NCBI RefSeq assembly: GCF_988242995.1 | Contig: NZ_OZ547043.1 | DNA: 64,000 bases | Reading direction: 5' to 3' (one strand) | Part shown: positions 49,430 to 62,628 of the stretch, one piece after another | How the letters are laid out: the number at the start of each line of letters is the position of its first letter | How positions within the stretch are numbered: the first letter of the stretch is position 1 | The notes under the pieces: generated by a model | Told to the model about the DNA's origin: nothing | Databases searched by the model: none | What the model saw: only the letters and a program-made list of their open reading frames with translations | Position numbers and translations under genes: made by a program

Positions 49430-50761
49430 GTGGTAAAGGAACGTAAAACCGAGCTGGTCGAGGGATTCCGCCATTCGGTTCCCTATATCAATACCCACCG
49501 GGGAAAAACGTTTGTCATCATGCTCGGCGGTGAAGCCATTGAGCATGAGAATTTCTCCAGTATCGTTAATGATATCGGGTTGTTGCACAGCCTCGGCATC
49601 CGTCTGGTGGTAGTCTATGGCGCACGTCCGCAGATCGACGCAAATCTGGCTGCGCATCACCACGAACCGCTGTATCACAAGAATATACGTGTGACCGACG
49701 CCAAAACATTGGAACTGGTGAAGCAGGCTGCGGGAACATTGCAACTGGATATTACTGCTCGCCTGTCGATGAGTCTCAATAACACGCCGCTGCAGGGCGC
49801 GCATATCAACGTCGTTAGTGGCAATTTTATTATTGCCCAGCCGCTGGGCGTCGATGACGGCGTGGATTACTGCCATAGCGGGCGTATCCGGCGGATTGAT
49901 GAAGACGCGATCCATCGTCAACTGGACAGCGGTGCAATAGTGCTAATGGGGCCGGTCGCTGTTTCAGTCACTGGCGAGAGCTTTAATCTGACCTCGGAAG
50001 AGATTGCCACTCAACTGGCCATCAAACTGAAAGCTGAAAAGATGATTGGTTTTTGCTCTTCCCAGGGCGTCACTAATGACGACGGTGATATTGTCTCCGA
50101 ACTTTTCCCTAACGAAGCGCAAGCACGGGTAGAAGCCCAGGAAGAGAAAGGTGATTACAACTCCGGTACGGTGCGCTTTTTGCGTGGCGCAGTGAAAGCC
50201 TGCCGCAGCGGCGTGCGTCGCTGTCATTTAATCAGTTATCAGGAAGATGGCTCGCTGTTGCAAGAGTTGTTCTCACGCGACGGTATCGGTACGCAGATTG
50301 TGATGGAAAGCGCCGAGCAGATTCGTCGCGCAACAATCAATGATATTGGCGGTATTCTGGAGTTGATTCGCCCGCTGGAGCAGCAAGGTATTCTGGTGCG
50401 CCGTTCTCGCGAGCAGCTGGAGATGGAAATCGACAAATTCACCATTATTCAGCGCGATAACACGACTATTGCCTGCGCCGCGCTCTATCCGTTCCCGGAA
50501 GAGAAGATTGGGGAAATGGCCTGTGTGGCAGTTCACCCGGATTACCGCAGTTCATCACGGGGCGAGGTTCTGCTGGAACGCATTGCCGCTCAGGCGAAGC
50601 AGAGCGGCTTAAGCAAATTATTTGTGCTGACCACGCGCAGTATTCACTGGTTCCAGGAACGTGGATTTACCCCAGTGGATATTGATTTACTGCCCGAGAG
50701 CAAAAAGCAGTTGTACAACTACCAGCGTAAATCCAAAGTGTTGATGGCGGATTTGGGGTAA
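49430..50761 (+). CDS. argA: N-acetylglutamate synthase, GTG start
   Basis: Start taken at GTG ([26 protein letters not shown]), 443 aa; ORF track begins at an upstream ATG. Confidence 0.85.
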   Translation: MVKERKTELVEGFRHSVPYINTHRGKTFVIMLGGEAIEHENFSSIVNDIGLLHSLGIRLVVVYGARPQIDANLAAHHHEPLYHKNIRVTDAKTLELVKQAAGTLQLDITARLSMSLNNTPLQGAHINVVSGNFIIAQPLGVDDGVDYCHSGRIRRIDEDAIHRQLDSGAIVLMGPVAVSVTGESFNLTSEEIATQLAIKLKAEKMIGFCSSQGVTNDDGDIVSELFPNEAQARVEAQEEKGDYNSGTVRFLRGAVKACRSGVRRCHLISYQEDGSLLQELFSRDGIGTQIVMESAEQIRRATINDIGGILELIRPLEQQGILVRRSREQLEMEIDKFTIIQRDNTTIACAALYPFPEEKIGEMACVAVHPDYRSSSRGEVLLERIAAQAKQSGLSKLFVLTTRSIHWFQERGFTPVDIDLLPESKKQLYNYQRKSKVLMADLG

Positions 50762-50769
50762 GCGATGAA

Positions 50770-50815
50770 AATCGCCGGATGCGACATGCGTAACACCCGT
50801 GCGTCGCATCCGGCA
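50770..50815. repeat. REP element between convergent argA and recD
   Basis: gccggatgcgacatgcgtaacacccgtgcgtcgcatccggca palindrome. Confidence 0.7.
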
Positions 50816-50822
50816 ATTACGT

Positions 50823-52649
50823 TTATTCCCGCGAACTAAACAATGCCGCCAGACCACTGCGCCGCTCAGTACGCGTGGCGATTGCCGCACTCAAAATACG
50901 CTCATCGGCATACAGCGACAAACGTCGACGCGCGCGGGTTACCGCAGTGTAAACCAGCTCTCGTGTTACTACCGGCGTGCGTTGGCTCGGTAAAATCAAC
51001 GCCGCATGGTCGAACTCCGATCCCTGCGATTTATGTACCGTCATCGCCCACGTAGTTTCGTGCTCTGGCAAGCGACTCGGTTGCACAGACTTAATATTGC
51101 CGTCCGGCATCGCAAACCAGACGCGCGTCCCCTGCCCACGATCCAGAGCGATACCGATATCGCCATTAAACAACCCAAGCGCGCTGTCATTACGGGCAAT
51201 CATCACCGGTCGGCCTTCGTACCAACGAGAGTGCGGATTACGATGAATTTTGCGCTTCTGTTGCATAAACTGCTCAATTCGCTCATTCAGTCCAGCCACG
51301 CCAAACGGCCCTTCCCGCAGGGCGCACAAAAGTTGGTACTCATTGAACGCCTGAATGATTAAATCCGGCTCGGCACGCGCTTGCAGCAGATCCAGATAAC
51401 GTCCATAACCCGCAAGAGCTTCCTCAAGCATCGCAATATAATCTTCGCCGCTCTGTAAAAGCCGTTTTTCGATATCAGAAAAATCCTGCTGAAAAACGGT
51501 TTTCACTGCCGTTTTATCACCACGGTTGATCGCCGCAGCTAACTGACCAATGCCAGAATCGCTGCCGAAACGATAGCTTTTTTGCAGCAGGCAGAGACTG
51601 TCGCGCAAAGATGCCGCTTCTGTGCCAGTTCCTGCCGGAACGTGAGTTCCCGTCAGGCGGCTTAGCTGCCCGGCACGCTCGGCGGTAAAGCCGGCATTGG
51701 CATAAGCACAAATATCGCCCAGCACAGCCCCAGCCTCAACCGAGGCCAGTTGATCACGATCGCCGAGAAAGATCACTCGCGCATGATCGGGCAAGGCGTC
51801 GATCAGTCTCGACATCATAGGCAGATCGATCATTGACGCTTCATCTACCACCAGCACATCAAGATGCAGCGGGTTACCGGCATGATGACGTAAACGCTGG
51901 CTACCCGGCTGTGCACCCAGCAATCGATGCAAAGTACTGGCATCTTCCGGAATGCGTTCCTTTTGTTCATCGGTCAGCGGTAACTGTCGCAAAGCCTTGC
52001 CGAGAGATTCGGTTAAGCGCGCGGCAGCTTTACCCGTTGGTGCAGCCAAACGGATACGGCAGCGTTCGCCGTCGGCCATTTGAATTAACGCTGCCAGCAA
52101 CTTCGCTACGGTGGTCGTTTTACCGGTGCCAGGGCCGCCGGAAATCACCGAGATCCGCCGCGTCAGCGCCACTGCCGCCGCAACTTTTTGCCAGTTAATT
52201 TCATCGCTTACTGGAAAAAGTTTGTCCAGGGTTTGCGCCAGTAGAGCTTCATCAACCTCAATGGCATGATTCACTTCGTTGAAAAAGCGTGCCACTGTGC
52301 GCTCGTTACACCACATGCGATTCAAATAAAGACGATCGCCACAGAGGATCATCGGCGTTGGTTCATCTCCCCGGCTGACCGCTTGTGAAGCCAGCAAGCA
52401 TTCTTCCCAATTTTGTAGCTCACCGATTTCACTGACACAGGTCGCCAACAGCGGATGCGATGCCTCGTTATTTTCCAGTCGTGAAAGCGGCAAACAAACG
52501 TGTCCCTCTCCGGCATCATGACTTAACAGTGCCGCCGCGAGGGTGACGGCAGGATGTTCATCTCCCGCCACGGTCAGGGCAAACTGCACGTCCAGCGGGC
52601 GTAGCTGTTTGTGCTCCACAGCTTCCAGTAATTGCTTTTGCAATTTCAT
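50823..52649 (-). CDS. recD: RecBCD helicase/nuclease subunit RecD
   Basis: 608-aa ORF with Walker A (GGPGTGKTT). Confidence 0.95.
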   Translation of the reverse strand: MKLQKQLLEAVEHKQLRPLDVQFALTVAGDEHPAVTLAAALLSHDAGEGHVCLPLSRLENNEASHPLLATCVSEIGELQNWEECLLASQAVSRGDEPTPMILCGDRLYLNRMWCNERTVARFFNEVNHAIEVDEALLAQTLDKLFPVSDEINWQKVAAAVALTRRISVISGGPGTGKTTTVAKLLAALIQMADGERCRIRLAAPTGKAAARLTESLGKALRQLPLTDEQKERIPEDASTLHRLLGAQPGSQRLRHHAGNPLHLDVLVVDEASMIDLPMMSRLIDALPDHARVIFLGDRDQLASVEAGAVLGDICAYANAGFTAERAGQLSRLTGTHVPAGTGTEAASLRDSLCLLQKSYRFGSDSGIGQLAAAINRGDKTAVKTVFQQDFSDIEKRLLQSGEDYIAMLEEALAGYGRYLDLLQARAEPDLIIQAFNEYQLLCALREGPFGVAGLNERIEQFMQQKRKIHRNPHSRWYEGRPVMIARNDSALGLFNGDIGIALDRGQGTRVWFAMPDGNIKSVQPSRLPEHETTWAMTVHKSQGSEFDHAALILPSQRTPVVTRELVYTAVTRARRRLSLYADERILSAAIATRTERRSGLAALFSSRE

Positions 52650-55600
52650 TACGCCTCCTCCAGGGTCATACCGGCAAACATCTCATCCATCAGGTCAATC
52701 AACCCGGCGTTGGGTCGGGTTGTGTAAATCCCTTGTTGCGGTTGTTCTTTATCAACGCCACGCAGGAACAGATAGATAACGCCGCCAAAGTGACGATCAT
52801 AGTCGTAATCAGCAATGCGATGGCGCAGATAACGGTGCAGCGCCAGGGTATAAAGCTGATATTGCAGATCATAGCGGTGTGCCTGCATCGCCGCTGCCAT
52901 AGCCTGTTGGGTGTAAGCCGAACTGTCTTCACCCAGCCAGTTGGATTTATAGTCGAGCAGGTAATAACGCCCTTCGTGGCGGAATACCAGGTCGATAAAG
53001 CCTTTTAACATGCCGCGTACCTGCATGAACTCCAGCGGCGGGCAGCCAGCGGATAGCGGATCAAACTGGCGAATTAGTGCATCAAGCTGGCTGGCGATGA
53101 GCGGTTCACTAATCGGCAGGTAAAACTCCATCTCCACCTGTTTATCGCGGTCGGAAAGCTGACTCAGGCTAACACCCGTTTCATTGAGAGGTGCCTGGAG
53201 GACTGCCGTGATCCACTCGGTCAACACCGGTTCCCACTGCGATTCAAAGCCGCCGAGTTCCAGTTTTTCCTGTACCCAGTTCGGGTCAACCGGCTGGGTA
53301 AAATCGAGGTCTTCAAACAAACTGTGCAAGAATGTCCCCGGTGACGCACCGCGCGGGAACTGATGCGGTGTTAACGTCGGTTCTTCAACGACGCTGACCA
53401 CGCCTGCGGCATCAACATCCAGCCGTGGCATCAGATCCTGAGCGATACCGTGACCACGCTGCTGCAAACCGGAGTAGCTGGTGACACGCCAGTTATCGCC
53501 GGGCAATCGTTGTAGTGTCCTCGCATTCAGTTCTGCAGTTATAGCATCATTAACCTGCCAGGGCTGGTTATCACCCGTTTGTGCCGTTTGCCAGGCAATA
53601 TCATCATCGCATAACGCTTCAATACAGGTGCGAAGCCCTGCCGCATCTTGCGGTTCCCCTTTTTGCAGCAAACGCCCGAGCGCACTTTGGTGGACGTCGG
53701 TGTCACCTTTTTTATCGCCACGACGGCGCACCAGCGGTGCAACGCCGAGACTGCAATGCCAAACCGAACGCGTCAGCGCCACGTAAAGCAAACGCAGATC
53801 TTCCGCCAGACGTTCGGCCTCCGCGAGATCGACACTTTCTGGCGCAGCGTTAAGATCCAGAACAGCCTCAAACGAGTGGCGATCGTGATAGAACGCCTGA
53901 TCCTGGACGCGGAAATTGGTAATAAATGGCAACCAAACCAGCGGATATTCCAGCCCTTTTGATTTATGGATCGTGACAATCTGCACCAGATGTTTATCAC
54001 TTTCGAGGCGCATTTGTTGGCTGGAGGCATTACTGTCTGGCTCGAGGATATGTTGCGATAACCAGCGTACCAGCGCATGTTCACTTTCCAGCTGCGTTCC
54101 GGCTTCTTGTAGCAGTTCGCTGATATGCAAGATATCGGTAAGACGCCGCTCACCGCCTGCCGTTGCCAGCAAGTTTTCTGCAATCTTACGCGCCGACATC
54201 AGCGCCCGCAGCATCGGCATAACGCCACGTTTGCGCCAGATTTGCCGATAACCATCGAACTCTTCGACTACCGCATCCCACGCATGTTCGTCATTGTTCA
54301 GCGTTTCGATATCCAGCGCGTTCAGCCCCATCATTGACGTTGCCAGCGCACTACGCAGGGTGTTCTCACGTTCGGGCGTCATCACCGCCTGCAACAACCA
54401 AAGCATTTCCTGCGCTTCCAGAGTTTCAAAAACACTGTCGCGGTTCGAAAGGTAAACGGAAGGGATTTCCAGCAACGTTAAGGCGTCGCGCACCTGGGCG
54501 GCCTCCTGGCGGCTGCGCACCAGCACACTGATGTCCGAAGCACGCACCGGACGCACGTCGTCGCCGTTCATCAGCAACGCTTCGCCCCGCTGTCCGGCTT
54601 GTAGCCAGTCGCGGATTTGCGCAGCACATACCTGCGCCATGGTACTTTGATAGTCGCCAACGCCGCAGCTTTCGCCTTCCATCAGCCACATTTTCATCGC
54701 AGGCTGCGTTTCACCTTTAAACACAAAACGTAACGCCTGATTTTTCCCGGCTGATTTCACTGGAATAAAAGGAATTTCGCGAAACATGAACGCGTCATCA
54801 GTCTGACTGAAAAGCTTATTCACGCTGTTCACCATTCCTGGTGCGGAGCGCCAGTTGGTATCTAAAGTGTAGTGGGCGTGAACTTCGCTACGCGCCTTCA
54901 TATAAGTGAAGATATCCGCACCCCGGAATGCATATATGGCCTGTTTCGGGTCGCCAATCAGCAACAATGCGGTTTCCGGCTGATGGTGCCAGATACGGCG
55001 AAAAATTCGGTACTGCTGGGGGTCGGTATCCTGAAATTCATCGATCATTGCCACCGGGAATCGCGTACGGATCGCCGCTGCCAACACCTCGCCGCTTTCG
55101 CTACGCAGCGCGGAATCGAGCCGACTTAACATGTCATCAAAACCCAATTCGCCACGGCGGCGTTTTTCACGCGCTACTGTTTCGCGGATCTCAGCCAATG
55201 CGCGGGTGATCACCAGATCGCGGATCGACAATGGTTCTGCAAGCAGTTGATCGATCGCCTCAAACAGTGGATGTCGCGGGGTTTCCCCCCCGGCTTTCGT
55301 GCGATCTTCTAAGAAACGCTGAGAGAATTTTTCCAGCGACTCTGGCAACTGATAACTGTTGGTCTCTTCTTCTGCCCAGGCGCTGATCTTGTCGATCCAT
55401 TTAGCCTGATTGCTACGGTTAAACTTGCGTCGATCAATACCAGAAGATTCGATCAGCGCATCCAGTTCACCCACTGCGTCGCGCCACTGCTGTTTTACGG
55501 CGTCGATACGCGCCACAATTTGCGCGTGGCGGGAAGCCAGCGTTTCATCATCGGGCGGCGGTGCTTTGATAACCGGTGCTTCGCCTTGCAGATAACGATT

Positions 55601-56191
55601 AATATCGCGCAGCAACGCCTGCGGCCCTTTCCAGGTTTCAAAGACCACCTGGGCAATTTCACGCGGCAGCGGGTAGCAGTGGCGACGCCAGAAATCGGCG
55701 CAGGCCTGGTAGCGTAGCAGAGACTCATCTTCAATCAGCTGCTGCTCAAACAGCATGCCGGATTCAAAGGCATTCAGGTTGAGCATGCGCTGGCAAAAAC
55801 CGTGAATAGTAAAGACTGCCGCTTCATCCATCTGCCGTTCGGCTAACAACAACCACTGCGCGGCTTGCGCTTTATCGTCGATCTCTTCCAGCAGGCGTTC
55901 GTACAGTGGATTGTCGGTGGTTTCACGCAGACAGGCGATGCGCAACTCATGGATATTGCTACGGATACGACCGCGCAATTCTGCCGTGGCAGCCTCGGTA
56001 AAGGTGACCACCAGCAGTTCTTCAACGGTCAGCGGGCGGGGAAAGGCGGCAGAACCGCCTAGTCCAAGTAACAGGCGCAAATAGAGCGCCGCAATCGTAA
56101 AGGTTTTGCCTGTGCCGGCAGAGGCTTCAATCAGGCGCTCGCCCTGTAAGGGCAAGCGCAAAGGATCTAGTGTCTCGGCGACATCACTCAT
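52649..56191 (-). CDS. recB: RecBCD helicase/nuclease subunit RecB
   Basis: Start taken at [15 protein letters not shown] (1180 aa); UvrD-type helicase motifs and C-terminal nuclease domain; stop overlaps the recD start. Confidence 0.95.
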   Translation of the reverse strand: MSDVAETLDPLRLPLQGERLIEASAGTGKTFTIAALYLRLLLGLGGSAAFPRPLTVEELLVVTFTEAATAELRGRIRSNIHELRIACLRETTDNPLYERLLEEIDDKAQAAQWLLLAERQMDEAAVFTIHGFCQRMLNLNAFESGMLFEQQLIEDESLLRYQACADFWRRHCYPLPREIAQVVFETWKGPQALLRDINRYLQGEAPVIKAPPPDDETLASRHAQIVARIDAVKQQWRDAVGELDALIESSGIDRRKFNRSNQAKWIDKISAWAEEETNSYQLPESLEKFSQRFLEDRTKAGGETPRHPLFEAIDQLLAEPLSIRDLVITRALAEIRETVAREKRRRGELGFDDMLSRLDSALRSESGEVLAAAIRTRFPVAMIDEFQDTDPQQYRIFRRIWHHQPETALLLIGDPKQAIYAFRGADIFTYMKARSEVHAHYTLDTNWRSAPGMVNSVNKLFSQTDDAFMFREIPFIPVKSAGKNQALRFVFKGETQPAMKMWLMEGESCGVGDYQSTMAQVCAAQIRDWLQAGQRGEALLMNGDDVRPVRASDISVLVRSRQEAAQVRDALTLLEIPSVYLSNRDSVFETLEAQEMLWLLQAVMTPERENTLRSALATSMMGLNALDIETLNNDEHAWDAVVEEFDGYRQIWRKRGVMPMLRALMSARKIAENLLATAGGERRLTDILHISELLQEAGTQLESEHALVRWLSQHILEPDSNASSQQMRLESDKHLVQIVTIHKSKGLEYPLVWLPFITNFRVQDQAFYHDRHSFEAVLDLNAAPESVDLAEAERLAEDLRLLYVALTRSVWHCSLGVAPLVRRRGDKKGDTDVHQSALGRLLQKGEPQDAAGLRTCIEALCDDDIAWQTAQTGDNQPWQVNDAITAELNARTLQRLPGDNWRVTSYSGLQQRGHGIAQDLMPRLDVDAAGVVSVVEEPTLTPHQFPRGASPGTFLHSLFEDLDFTQPVDPNWVQEKLELGGFESQWEPVLTEWITAVLQAPLNETGVSLSQLSDRDKQVEMEFYLPISEPLIASQLDALIRQFDPLSAGCPPLEFMQVRGMLKGFIDLVFRHEGRYYLLDYKSNWLGEDSSAYTQQAMAAAMQAHRYDLQYQLYTLALHRYLRHRIADYDYDRHFGGVIYLFLRGVDKEQPQQGIYTTRPNAGLIDLMDEMFAGMTLEEA

Positions 56192-59072
56192 TCTTTTCAC
56201 TCATCAGGGGCATTGTTTGCTGCAACGCGCTGACGTTCTCCCACACTTTCCAGCCTTCAGGATGCACATATTCGGCTTTCCCGTTCTGGCTGCCGGAAAT
56301 CTGCGACAGAATAGCCATGCCTTGCGGCTCGACCACCGCCTGATGGAAGAAATCAGCAAGTTTTTGCGGCGTCAGCAGTTTTATCTGGGCCACGATTTTA
56401 TCACGCGAATCGAAGCGCATATTGCCGCGATCGAAATCTTTACTTAACTTCGATGCTTCTTCGCCGAGCGTTTGCGGTGCCTGCAGCATCTGGGTAATTA
56501 CCGCCTGCTGGATTTGCGCAAACTCTTCTGGCTTCATCGTCCGCAATTTTGCCTCTGCGGTTGGGAAAAACGCCTTGTAACGCTCCCACAAGAATGAAGG
56601 CTGTTTATCATTGCTTTGCAACAGGAAGCCCATGCCCCACTGACGTCCCACGCTCATTGGAAACGCAAACACGGCATAGCCCAACTGTTCTTCGGTACGC
56701 AACTGATTGTAGAACCACGGCTGTACGATCTGCCCCAACAGAGAGCTATAGGCTGAGCTGGTGTATTCATCGTAGCCAGTCGGTACAAATACCGCTGCCA
56801 GGGCGGAGTCGGTGCTGTTACCGGCTTTTTCAAAGATGACAGATTGTTTTTTATCAACCACGACATCTTTGTTACGACACCACTCCGAACCATCAGCGCC
56901 CAACTGTTTTTGCACATCGCGTGCCAGCGTTGTTGCCTGGGCTTCGGTCATGTTGCCAATAACCATAAACTCTGGTCGAGCCCCTGATTTTAAGGCGTCG
57001 CGATAGGCCAGCACCTCTTTCAAAGTGATTGAAGGCAAAATTTTGCGCCGTTCATCTCGCGAGAAGTACGGCACTTGCGAGAGCATCTGCGCGGGCATAA
57101 TCGCCTGCTCGAACGCTTTGCCCTTTTCTGCGGAATCCATCATCTGGTTATACCAGGACTTCGCCTGCTCAAGCTGATCTTCCGTAGCGGTATAGCTAAA
57201 GTAGCCCTCCAGCAGAGCCTGGAACAGCTGCGGCAGGCGCTGGGTGTAACCATTGGCATTAACCATAAGGCCGTTGTTAGCATTGGTGGAAAAACTTATG
57301 CCACCAACCGACGCCTGGTTGCTTAACTGATCAAGCGCCAGCCCTGCGAGATAATCATTGAGCGCAAACATCACCTGATTGCGGGCGCTATCCATGGCTT
57401 TCGGATTACGCAAAATCAGGCTGACATCAGCTTTGGGTTCGCTGGAAAAATAACGGCTTGGCGCATAGACCACACGCAGATTCGACTCATCAACAATAAG
57501 CTCTGGATGGTCATATTTCTTCTCTGACTTAATCAGCGAGAAATCGTCAGGAATATAGGGGTTAAGCTCTGGCAAAGAGAGCGCAATGTCGGCGGCTTTT
57601 TTCTGCCAGTCAGCGAAAGTTTGTGCGCTAATTTTATCGACCTGATACGGCGCATCGACAAAGTAAGCCGTTTTGTTGTGCGGCTCTTTCGGGCTGATAT
57701 ACCAGATACGCGCATTCTGCGGCGTCATCATCGCCAGGCGTTCTTTTACTGCTTTAGCGTCGTACCGATCGGCAATATTGACTGCATCCAGCGTATGCTC
57801 AACAGGAACGCGAATCATGGTATCTGCCAGCCATTCGACGTAATCCATATCACGGGTGATTGACGGATAACGAAAGTCGATATCCAGCACATTCGCCAGT
57901 TCATCGAAGTATTGTTTATCAATCCCTTTTTCGCGTAACAGATTGAGGTAGCTAAAAATGGCCGCCACAACCTGATCGCGATTCGCCAGACCTTTATCGG
58001 TTAAAGACGCAGAGATCGCTAATACGCCGCTGTTGCCGTTGACGATAGGATCGGAATTGGCGCTAATGCCCTCAACTAATCCCTGCTTTTGCAGCCAGTC
58101 AGAAAGTGTACCTGGGCTGCGATTACCGATCAGATAGGTAATCAATTCATCCGTTTTACTACGGAACTTCGCTGAATTGTTATCGATGCGAAACTCAACG
58201 CGCAGAACTTTACGCGGCAGCGCCGGGACGTAATGAATGATAATGCCCTTTTGCGCGTCGGTGACTACCGGCACGGTGATTTCCGGTTTTTTGCTCTCTT
58301 TGTTCGGCACGCGACCAAAGGTGTCCGCCGCCATTTTTGCCAACTCCGGCAGCGGTTTATTGCTGTAAATAACCGCCTTCATCAGATTGGCGGAATAGTA
58401 CTTCTCGTGGAAATCTTTCAGCGCCTGCTGTACCGGATTTCCGGGTTTGTCGCTTAAAGTTTCGAGGTTACCACCAGAAAACTTTGAACCGGGGTGTGCC
58501 GGGTTAATGGTTTCTGCGCTGACCTGTGCCATGCGCATCCCGTCACGCGTACGCGCCATGGTTAATTCGGCATTCACTGCATTACGTTCACGTTCGGCGT
58601 ATTTCTTGTCGAGCAAGGGTTCTGCAATAGCGTCCGCCAGGCGGTCTACCGCACCGGGCAAGGCGTCGTTCTCAACTTCCAGATAGAAAGCCGTGCGATA
58701 CGGTGCCGTGCTGGCATTGTGACTGCCGCCGTGCATTTTGAGATATTCGGCCAGACTGTCAGCCTGCGGGTACTTTTTCGACCCCATCAGACTCATATGT
58801 TCAAGGTAATGTGCCAGCCCCTGGTACGCCTCGGGATCTTCCAGCGACCCAACGGGCACCACCAGCGCCGAGAGCGATTTAACCGCCTGCGGATCAGAAA
58901 CCAGCAAGACCACCATACCGTTATCCAGACGTATAGCCTGATACTGGCGGTTATCTTTATCACTTTTACGGATGGTTTCCTGAATCGGCTGCCATCCCGT
59001 TTCTGCCTGACTTAAGGGTGCCCAAAGGGCAACAAACAACAATAATGCTTTGAACCAGGTGCTGCGGGGCAT
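56184..59072 (-). CDS. ptrA: Protease III (pitrilysin), periplasmic M16 metalloprotease
   Basis: 962-aa ORF with signal peptide and inverted zinc motif HYLEH; stop overlaps the recB start by 8 nt. Confidence 0.95.
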   Translation of the reverse strand: MPRSTWFKALLLFVALWAPLSQAETGWQPIQETIRKSDKDNRQYQAIRLDNGMVVLLVSDPQAVKSLSALVVPVGSLEDPEAYQGLAHYLEHMSLMGSKKYPQADSLAEYLKMHGGSHNASTAPYRTAFYLEVENDALPGAVDRLADAIAEPLLDKKYAERERNAVNAELTMARTRDGMRMAQVSAETINPAHPGSKFSGGNLETLSDKPGNPVQQALKDFHEKYYSANLMKAVIYSNKPLPELAKMAADTFGRVPNKESKKPEITVPVVTDAQKGIIIHYVPALPRKVLRVEFRIDNNSAKFRSKTDELITYLIGNRSPGTLSDWLQKQGLVEGISANSDPIVNGNSGVLAISASLTDKGLANRDQVVAAIFSYLNLLREKGIDKQYFDELANVLDIDFRYPSITRDMDYVEWLADTMIRVPVEHTLDAVNIADRYDAKAVKERLAMMTPQNARIWYISPKEPHNKTAYFVDAPYQVDKISAQTFADWQKKAADIALSLPELNPYIPDDFSLIKSEKKYDHPELIVDESNLRVVYAPSRYFSSEPKADVSLILRNPKAMDSARNQVMFALNDYLAGLALDQLSNQASVGGISFSTNANNGLMVNANGYTQRLPQLFQALLEGYFSYTATEDQLEQAKSWYNQMMDSAEKGKAFEQAIMPAQMLSQVPYFSRDERRKILPSITLKEVLAYRDALKSGARPEFMVIGNMTEAQATTLARDVQKQLGADGSEWCRNKDVVVDKKQSVIFEKAGNSTDSALAAVFVPTGYDEYTSSAYSSLLGQIVQPWFYNQLRTEEQLGYAVFAFPMSVGRQWGMGFLLQSNDKQPSFLWERYKAFFPTAEAKLRTMKPEEFAQIQQAVITQMLQAPQTLGEEASKLSKDFDRGNMRFDSRDKIVAQIKLLTPQKLADFFHQAVVEPQGMAILSQISGSQNGKAEYVHPEGWKVWENVSALQQTMPLMSEKNE

Positions 59073-59247
59073 TCACGGACCTCATAATCAACTTTATTTT
59101 CTGGCCAGATTCAACAGGTTAACGCAAATCATCTGCCAGAATTTAATCTTGTGCTGCACGAGTCAGCCTATGTCTATATATCCATCAGTCCGTGACTGGT
59201 GCGCATCATAAAGCAAGCAGATATATTGCGCAATTTTTATACAGCAC

Positions 59248-62200
59248 TCATGACTGATTAAAGCGAAACAGCGGTAACAGGAAACGTTGCGACTGTTCAA
59301 CGATGGCCTCCATTGTCTCTGGTGTTAATTGCCGCCAGAGCCGTTGATACCAGACATCATCACCTTCGCCACGCACCATCATGTTGCCTTCGTAAGCCTG
59401 AAGGAATTTCGTACGGGCTTTTTGTAACGTGGAATCGTCATCCAGCATGGCATCGTTTTGCGCGTCGTAACAGGTTTTTAGCCACGCGCCGCCACTTTCA
59501 GGTAACACCAGCAATGGCGCGGACATTCCTTCACGATACCCCTCAATCAGTTGTGAGAGGTAATGCAAAGCCTGTTCGGCTGCAAGCGGCGGAAAACGCC
59601 ACTCGCCGTCTTTGCGTAGAAAAAGGCGACTTTCACCATTACCACCGCTGGCACAGTAGACAAGGTGTTCCAGCCAAAGTTGCATTCCCTGCGCCACACT
59701 TAATAAAGAGGGACGCCAGCGCAACAGGCCATCCGGCTGCACCTGCGGCAACCAGCCAGTTATCTGCACACCGTTGCAGGCGAGATCAATTTCCATACTC
59801 TGCCCCGGCTGGCGACAGGCAATGACTCTGTCGGCAAGCTGCTGCATCTCCTGGCACTGTGTTTCCCAGAAAATTTCACCAAAAGCGCCATACGGTAAAT
59901 CCCCTGCCGCCCGGAAGCGGCGGAACAAGCGTTCGGCATCATCCTGCTCAACCAGTGCATTCAATAACTGCTGATTGATTTGATAACGGCTAAGCCCTTC
60001 CAGAATAAATGGCTCGGTGTCGGGGATTTCGCTGTCTTCAGTACGGAAGTTCACCTGCAAACGCATCTGGAAGAACGCCCGTACCGGATGTGCCCAGAAT
60101 CGTTGTAGCGTTTCCAGCGGCACGGTTTCCGGTAAGGTAAACGGCAGCGGCTGAACAAATTCAGAATGTGCTTTACCAGCCTGGCTGGCCGCAGGTAGCC
60201 ATTCACGAGCATAGCTTTGTCGTTCGCCTGGCTGGTAGTTTTGCGGATCAAACGGCATCCGGGTATGGAGGCAAGTAAGATGCGCTTTTACCCTTGCCTC
60301 GCTTTCATCACAGTTGAGCGCTTCATCGCCCGGTAGATAATGGCTTTGCCCGATGTAGTCGATCAGTTCCTGCACCAGTACCGACGGGAAACGTTCACTG
60401 TTATCCTGAATAGAACGCCCGATATAGCTGATATAGAGTTTTTGCTGCGCGGAAATTAACGCTTCCAGGAACAGATAGCGGTCGTCATCGCGACGGCTAC
60501 GGTCGCCACGCTTCGGTTTCTGGCTCATCAGGTCAAAGCCCAATGGCGCAAGCTGGCGTGGATAAACGCCGTCGTTCATTCCCAGCAGGCAAACCACTTT
60601 GAATGGGATGGAACGCATTGGCATCAGAGTACAAATGTTGACCGGGCCTGCGAGAAAACGCTGGCTGATACGTTCCTGATCCAGGCGCTGTGCCAGTTCA
60701 TCACGCAATAGTGACAGCGGCACCGCGTCGCCATACTGCGCACCTAAACCTTCGGCGATAATCGCCTGCCATTGTTGTTCGATCAGCGTCATCGCCGCTT
60801 CGGTTTCCGCATCCGGCAGGAAGAAGGCGTTGAGCATATCGCGACAAACCGGCAACCACTCTTCCAGCGGACGCTCCTGCGCCAGCCCGCGACGCCAGAT
60901 GTTTAGCTGCATTAGCAGTGAAGCCAGATGCCCCACCAGTTCTGCAATTAAGCCGCTCGATTCATCATAAGGTAGAACCGATTGCCACTCGCCCTGCGCG
61001 CTCTCCATCGCGTAGCCCAGCAACATACGCGTCAGGCCAAATCGCCAGGTGTGTTGTCCGGTGGCGGGGAGTTCCAGCTCGCGAACGTTGTCGTCATCTA
61101 TCCCCCAACGAATGCCGGATTCGTTGACCCACTGGCGTAAATAACGCAGCCCTTCTTCGGTGATGTCAAACCGCGCCGCCAGCACCGGCACATCCAGCAG
61201 CGCCAGCACATCCTCTGACACAAAGCGACTGTCAGGCAGTGATAACAGGCTGATAAACGCTTCCAATACCGGATGTGACTGCCGCGCCCGACGGTCGGAA
61301 ATGGCGTAAGGTAGGTAACGATCCGCAGGTGCGCTACCAAACACTGCCTGAATAAACGGACTGTAGCTGTCGATATCAGCCACCATCACGATGATGTCGC
61401 GCGGAGTCAGTGTCGGGTCTTCCTCCAGCATTGCCAGCAGGCGATCGTGTAAAACTTCAACTTCGCGCTGCGGGCTATGGCAAACGTGGAAGGTGATACT
61501 GCTATCCAGTGGATCAAGCGGGCGTTTGTTATCGCTACGGGAAAACTCTTCGATGTTTACACCAGCAACGGCGCGGTTTTCCAGTTCCAGAATGTCAGAC
61601 TGAATGTTATGCAGCAGGTTATCTGGCGTAACATCGACAAAAGCATCCAGCTCCTGGCTGCTCTCCAGATCAGAAAGGAGATAAATGTAGTCGCGCCCAA
61701 GCTTGCCCCATGAGGCCAGCAGCGGGTTGCCGACATCCTGTTCACCATCGCTGTTAAAGAGCTGCCCGGCATTTTCGCTGTCGCGAAATAGCGGTAATTC
61801 TCGATCTTCAAAACTGTGTCGGCGCTGGCGAGTCAGTAGTTTCGCCAGATAAGCAGGATCTTTAATGTCGCCCCAGTAATAACGGCAGGGGTTGGTAAAC
61901 AGGAGATGGATTTCAATATGTTTACCCAGCGCCTGGAGTGCCTGGAGATAAACAGGCGGTAACGCGGAAATACCGCATATAAAGACGCGCGAAGGTAACC
62001 CCGGCGGGCAGGTCGTCGCGGACTCCAGCGTTTCGATAAAGCGCTGATAGAGATTGGCGCGGTGCCAGCGCGGTTGCCCGAGTTCATGGGTATATTCCAC
62101 CAGCGCCTTCCACAATGGCGCTTGCCAGGCCTGCGCCTCTCCAAGTCCTTCTACCAGATTCCCGGCTTCCCACTGTGCCAGCCAGTCCGGGCGATAGACC

Positions 62201-62616
62201 AGATACTGGTCAAACAGGTCCGCCGCTTTTGAGGAAAGCTGGAACAGTTTTCGCTTGTCGCTATCGTCAGTCAGATAATGCCGCAACAGGGTAAAGTCTT
62301 CGCGATCCAGCAATTGCGGCAACAGAGTCATCAGTTTCCAGCTCATGCTCTGTTTGTTAAAGGCGCTCTCTTTGGGGATCTCCGGTAACACCCGGACGAA
62401 CATATCCCAGATAAAGCTCGCAGGCAGCGGAAAATCAATGTTTGCCGCAATACCAAACTTTTGCGACAGGGTCATTTGCAGCCACTGCGCCATACCGGTA
62501 CTTTGCACCAGAATCATTTCTGGTTCGAAAGGATCGTCCAGCCGTTCGCGTTCGACGATAAACTCCATCAACGCTTCCAGCACGTCCAGACGATTGGAAT
62601 GGTAGACCCTTAACAT
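59248..62616 (-). CDS. recC: RecBCD subunit RecC
   Basis: 1122-aa ORF beginning MLRVYHSNRLDVLEAL. Confidence 0.95.
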   Translation of the reverse strand: MLRVYHSNRLDVLEALMEFIVERERLDDPFEPEMILVQSTGMAQWLQMTLSQKFGIAANIDFPLPASFIWDMFVRVLPEIPKESAFNKQSMSWKLMTLLPQLLDREDFTLLRHYLTDDSDKRKLFQLSSKAADLFDQYLVYRPDWLAQWEAGNLVEGLGEAQAWQAPLWKALVEYTHELGQPRWHRANLYQRFIETLESATTCPPGLPSRVFICGISALPPVYLQALQALGKHIEIHLLFTNPCRYYWGDIKDPAYLAKLLTRQRRHSFEDRELPLFRDSENAGQLFNSDGEQDVGNPLLASWGKLGRDYIYLLSDLESSQELDAFVDVTPDNLLHNIQSDILELENRAVAGVNIEEFSRSDNKRPLDPLDSSITFHVCHSPQREVEVLHDRLLAMLEEDPTLTPRDIIVMVADIDSYSPFIQAVFGSAPADRYLPYAISDRRARQSHPVLEAFISLLSLPDSRFVSEDVLALLDVPVLAARFDITEEGLRYLRQWVNESGIRWGIDDDNVRELELPATGQHTWRFGLTRMLLGYAMESAQGEWQSVLPYDESSGLIAELVGHLASLLMQLNIWRRGLAQERPLEEWLPVCRDMLNAFFLPDAETEAAMTLIEQQWQAIIAEGLGAQYGDAVPLSLLRDELAQRLDQERISQRFLAGPVNICTLMPMRSIPFKVVCLLGMNDGVYPRQLAPLGFDLMSQKPKRGDRSRRDDDRYLFLEALISAQQKLYISYIGRSIQDNSERFPSVLVQELIDYIGQSHYLPGDEALNCDESEARVKAHLTCLHTRMPFDPQNYQPGERQSYAREWLPAASQAGKAHSEFVQPLPFTLPETVPLETLQRFWAHPVRAFFQMRLQVNFRTEDSEIPDTEPFILEGLSRYQINQQLLNALVEQDDAERLFRRFRAAGDLPYGAFGEIFWETQCQEMQQLADRVIACRQPGQSMEIDLACNGVQITGWLPQVQPDGLLRWRPSLLSVAQGMQLWLEHLVYCASGGNGESRLFLRKDGEWRFPPLAAEQALHYLSQLIEGYREGMSAPLLVLPESGGAWLKTCYDAQNDAMLDDDSTLQKARTKFLQAYEGNMMVRGEGDDVWYQRLWRQLTPETMEAIVEQSQRFLLPLFRFNQS

Positions 62617-62628
62617 AGCGGCTCCTGA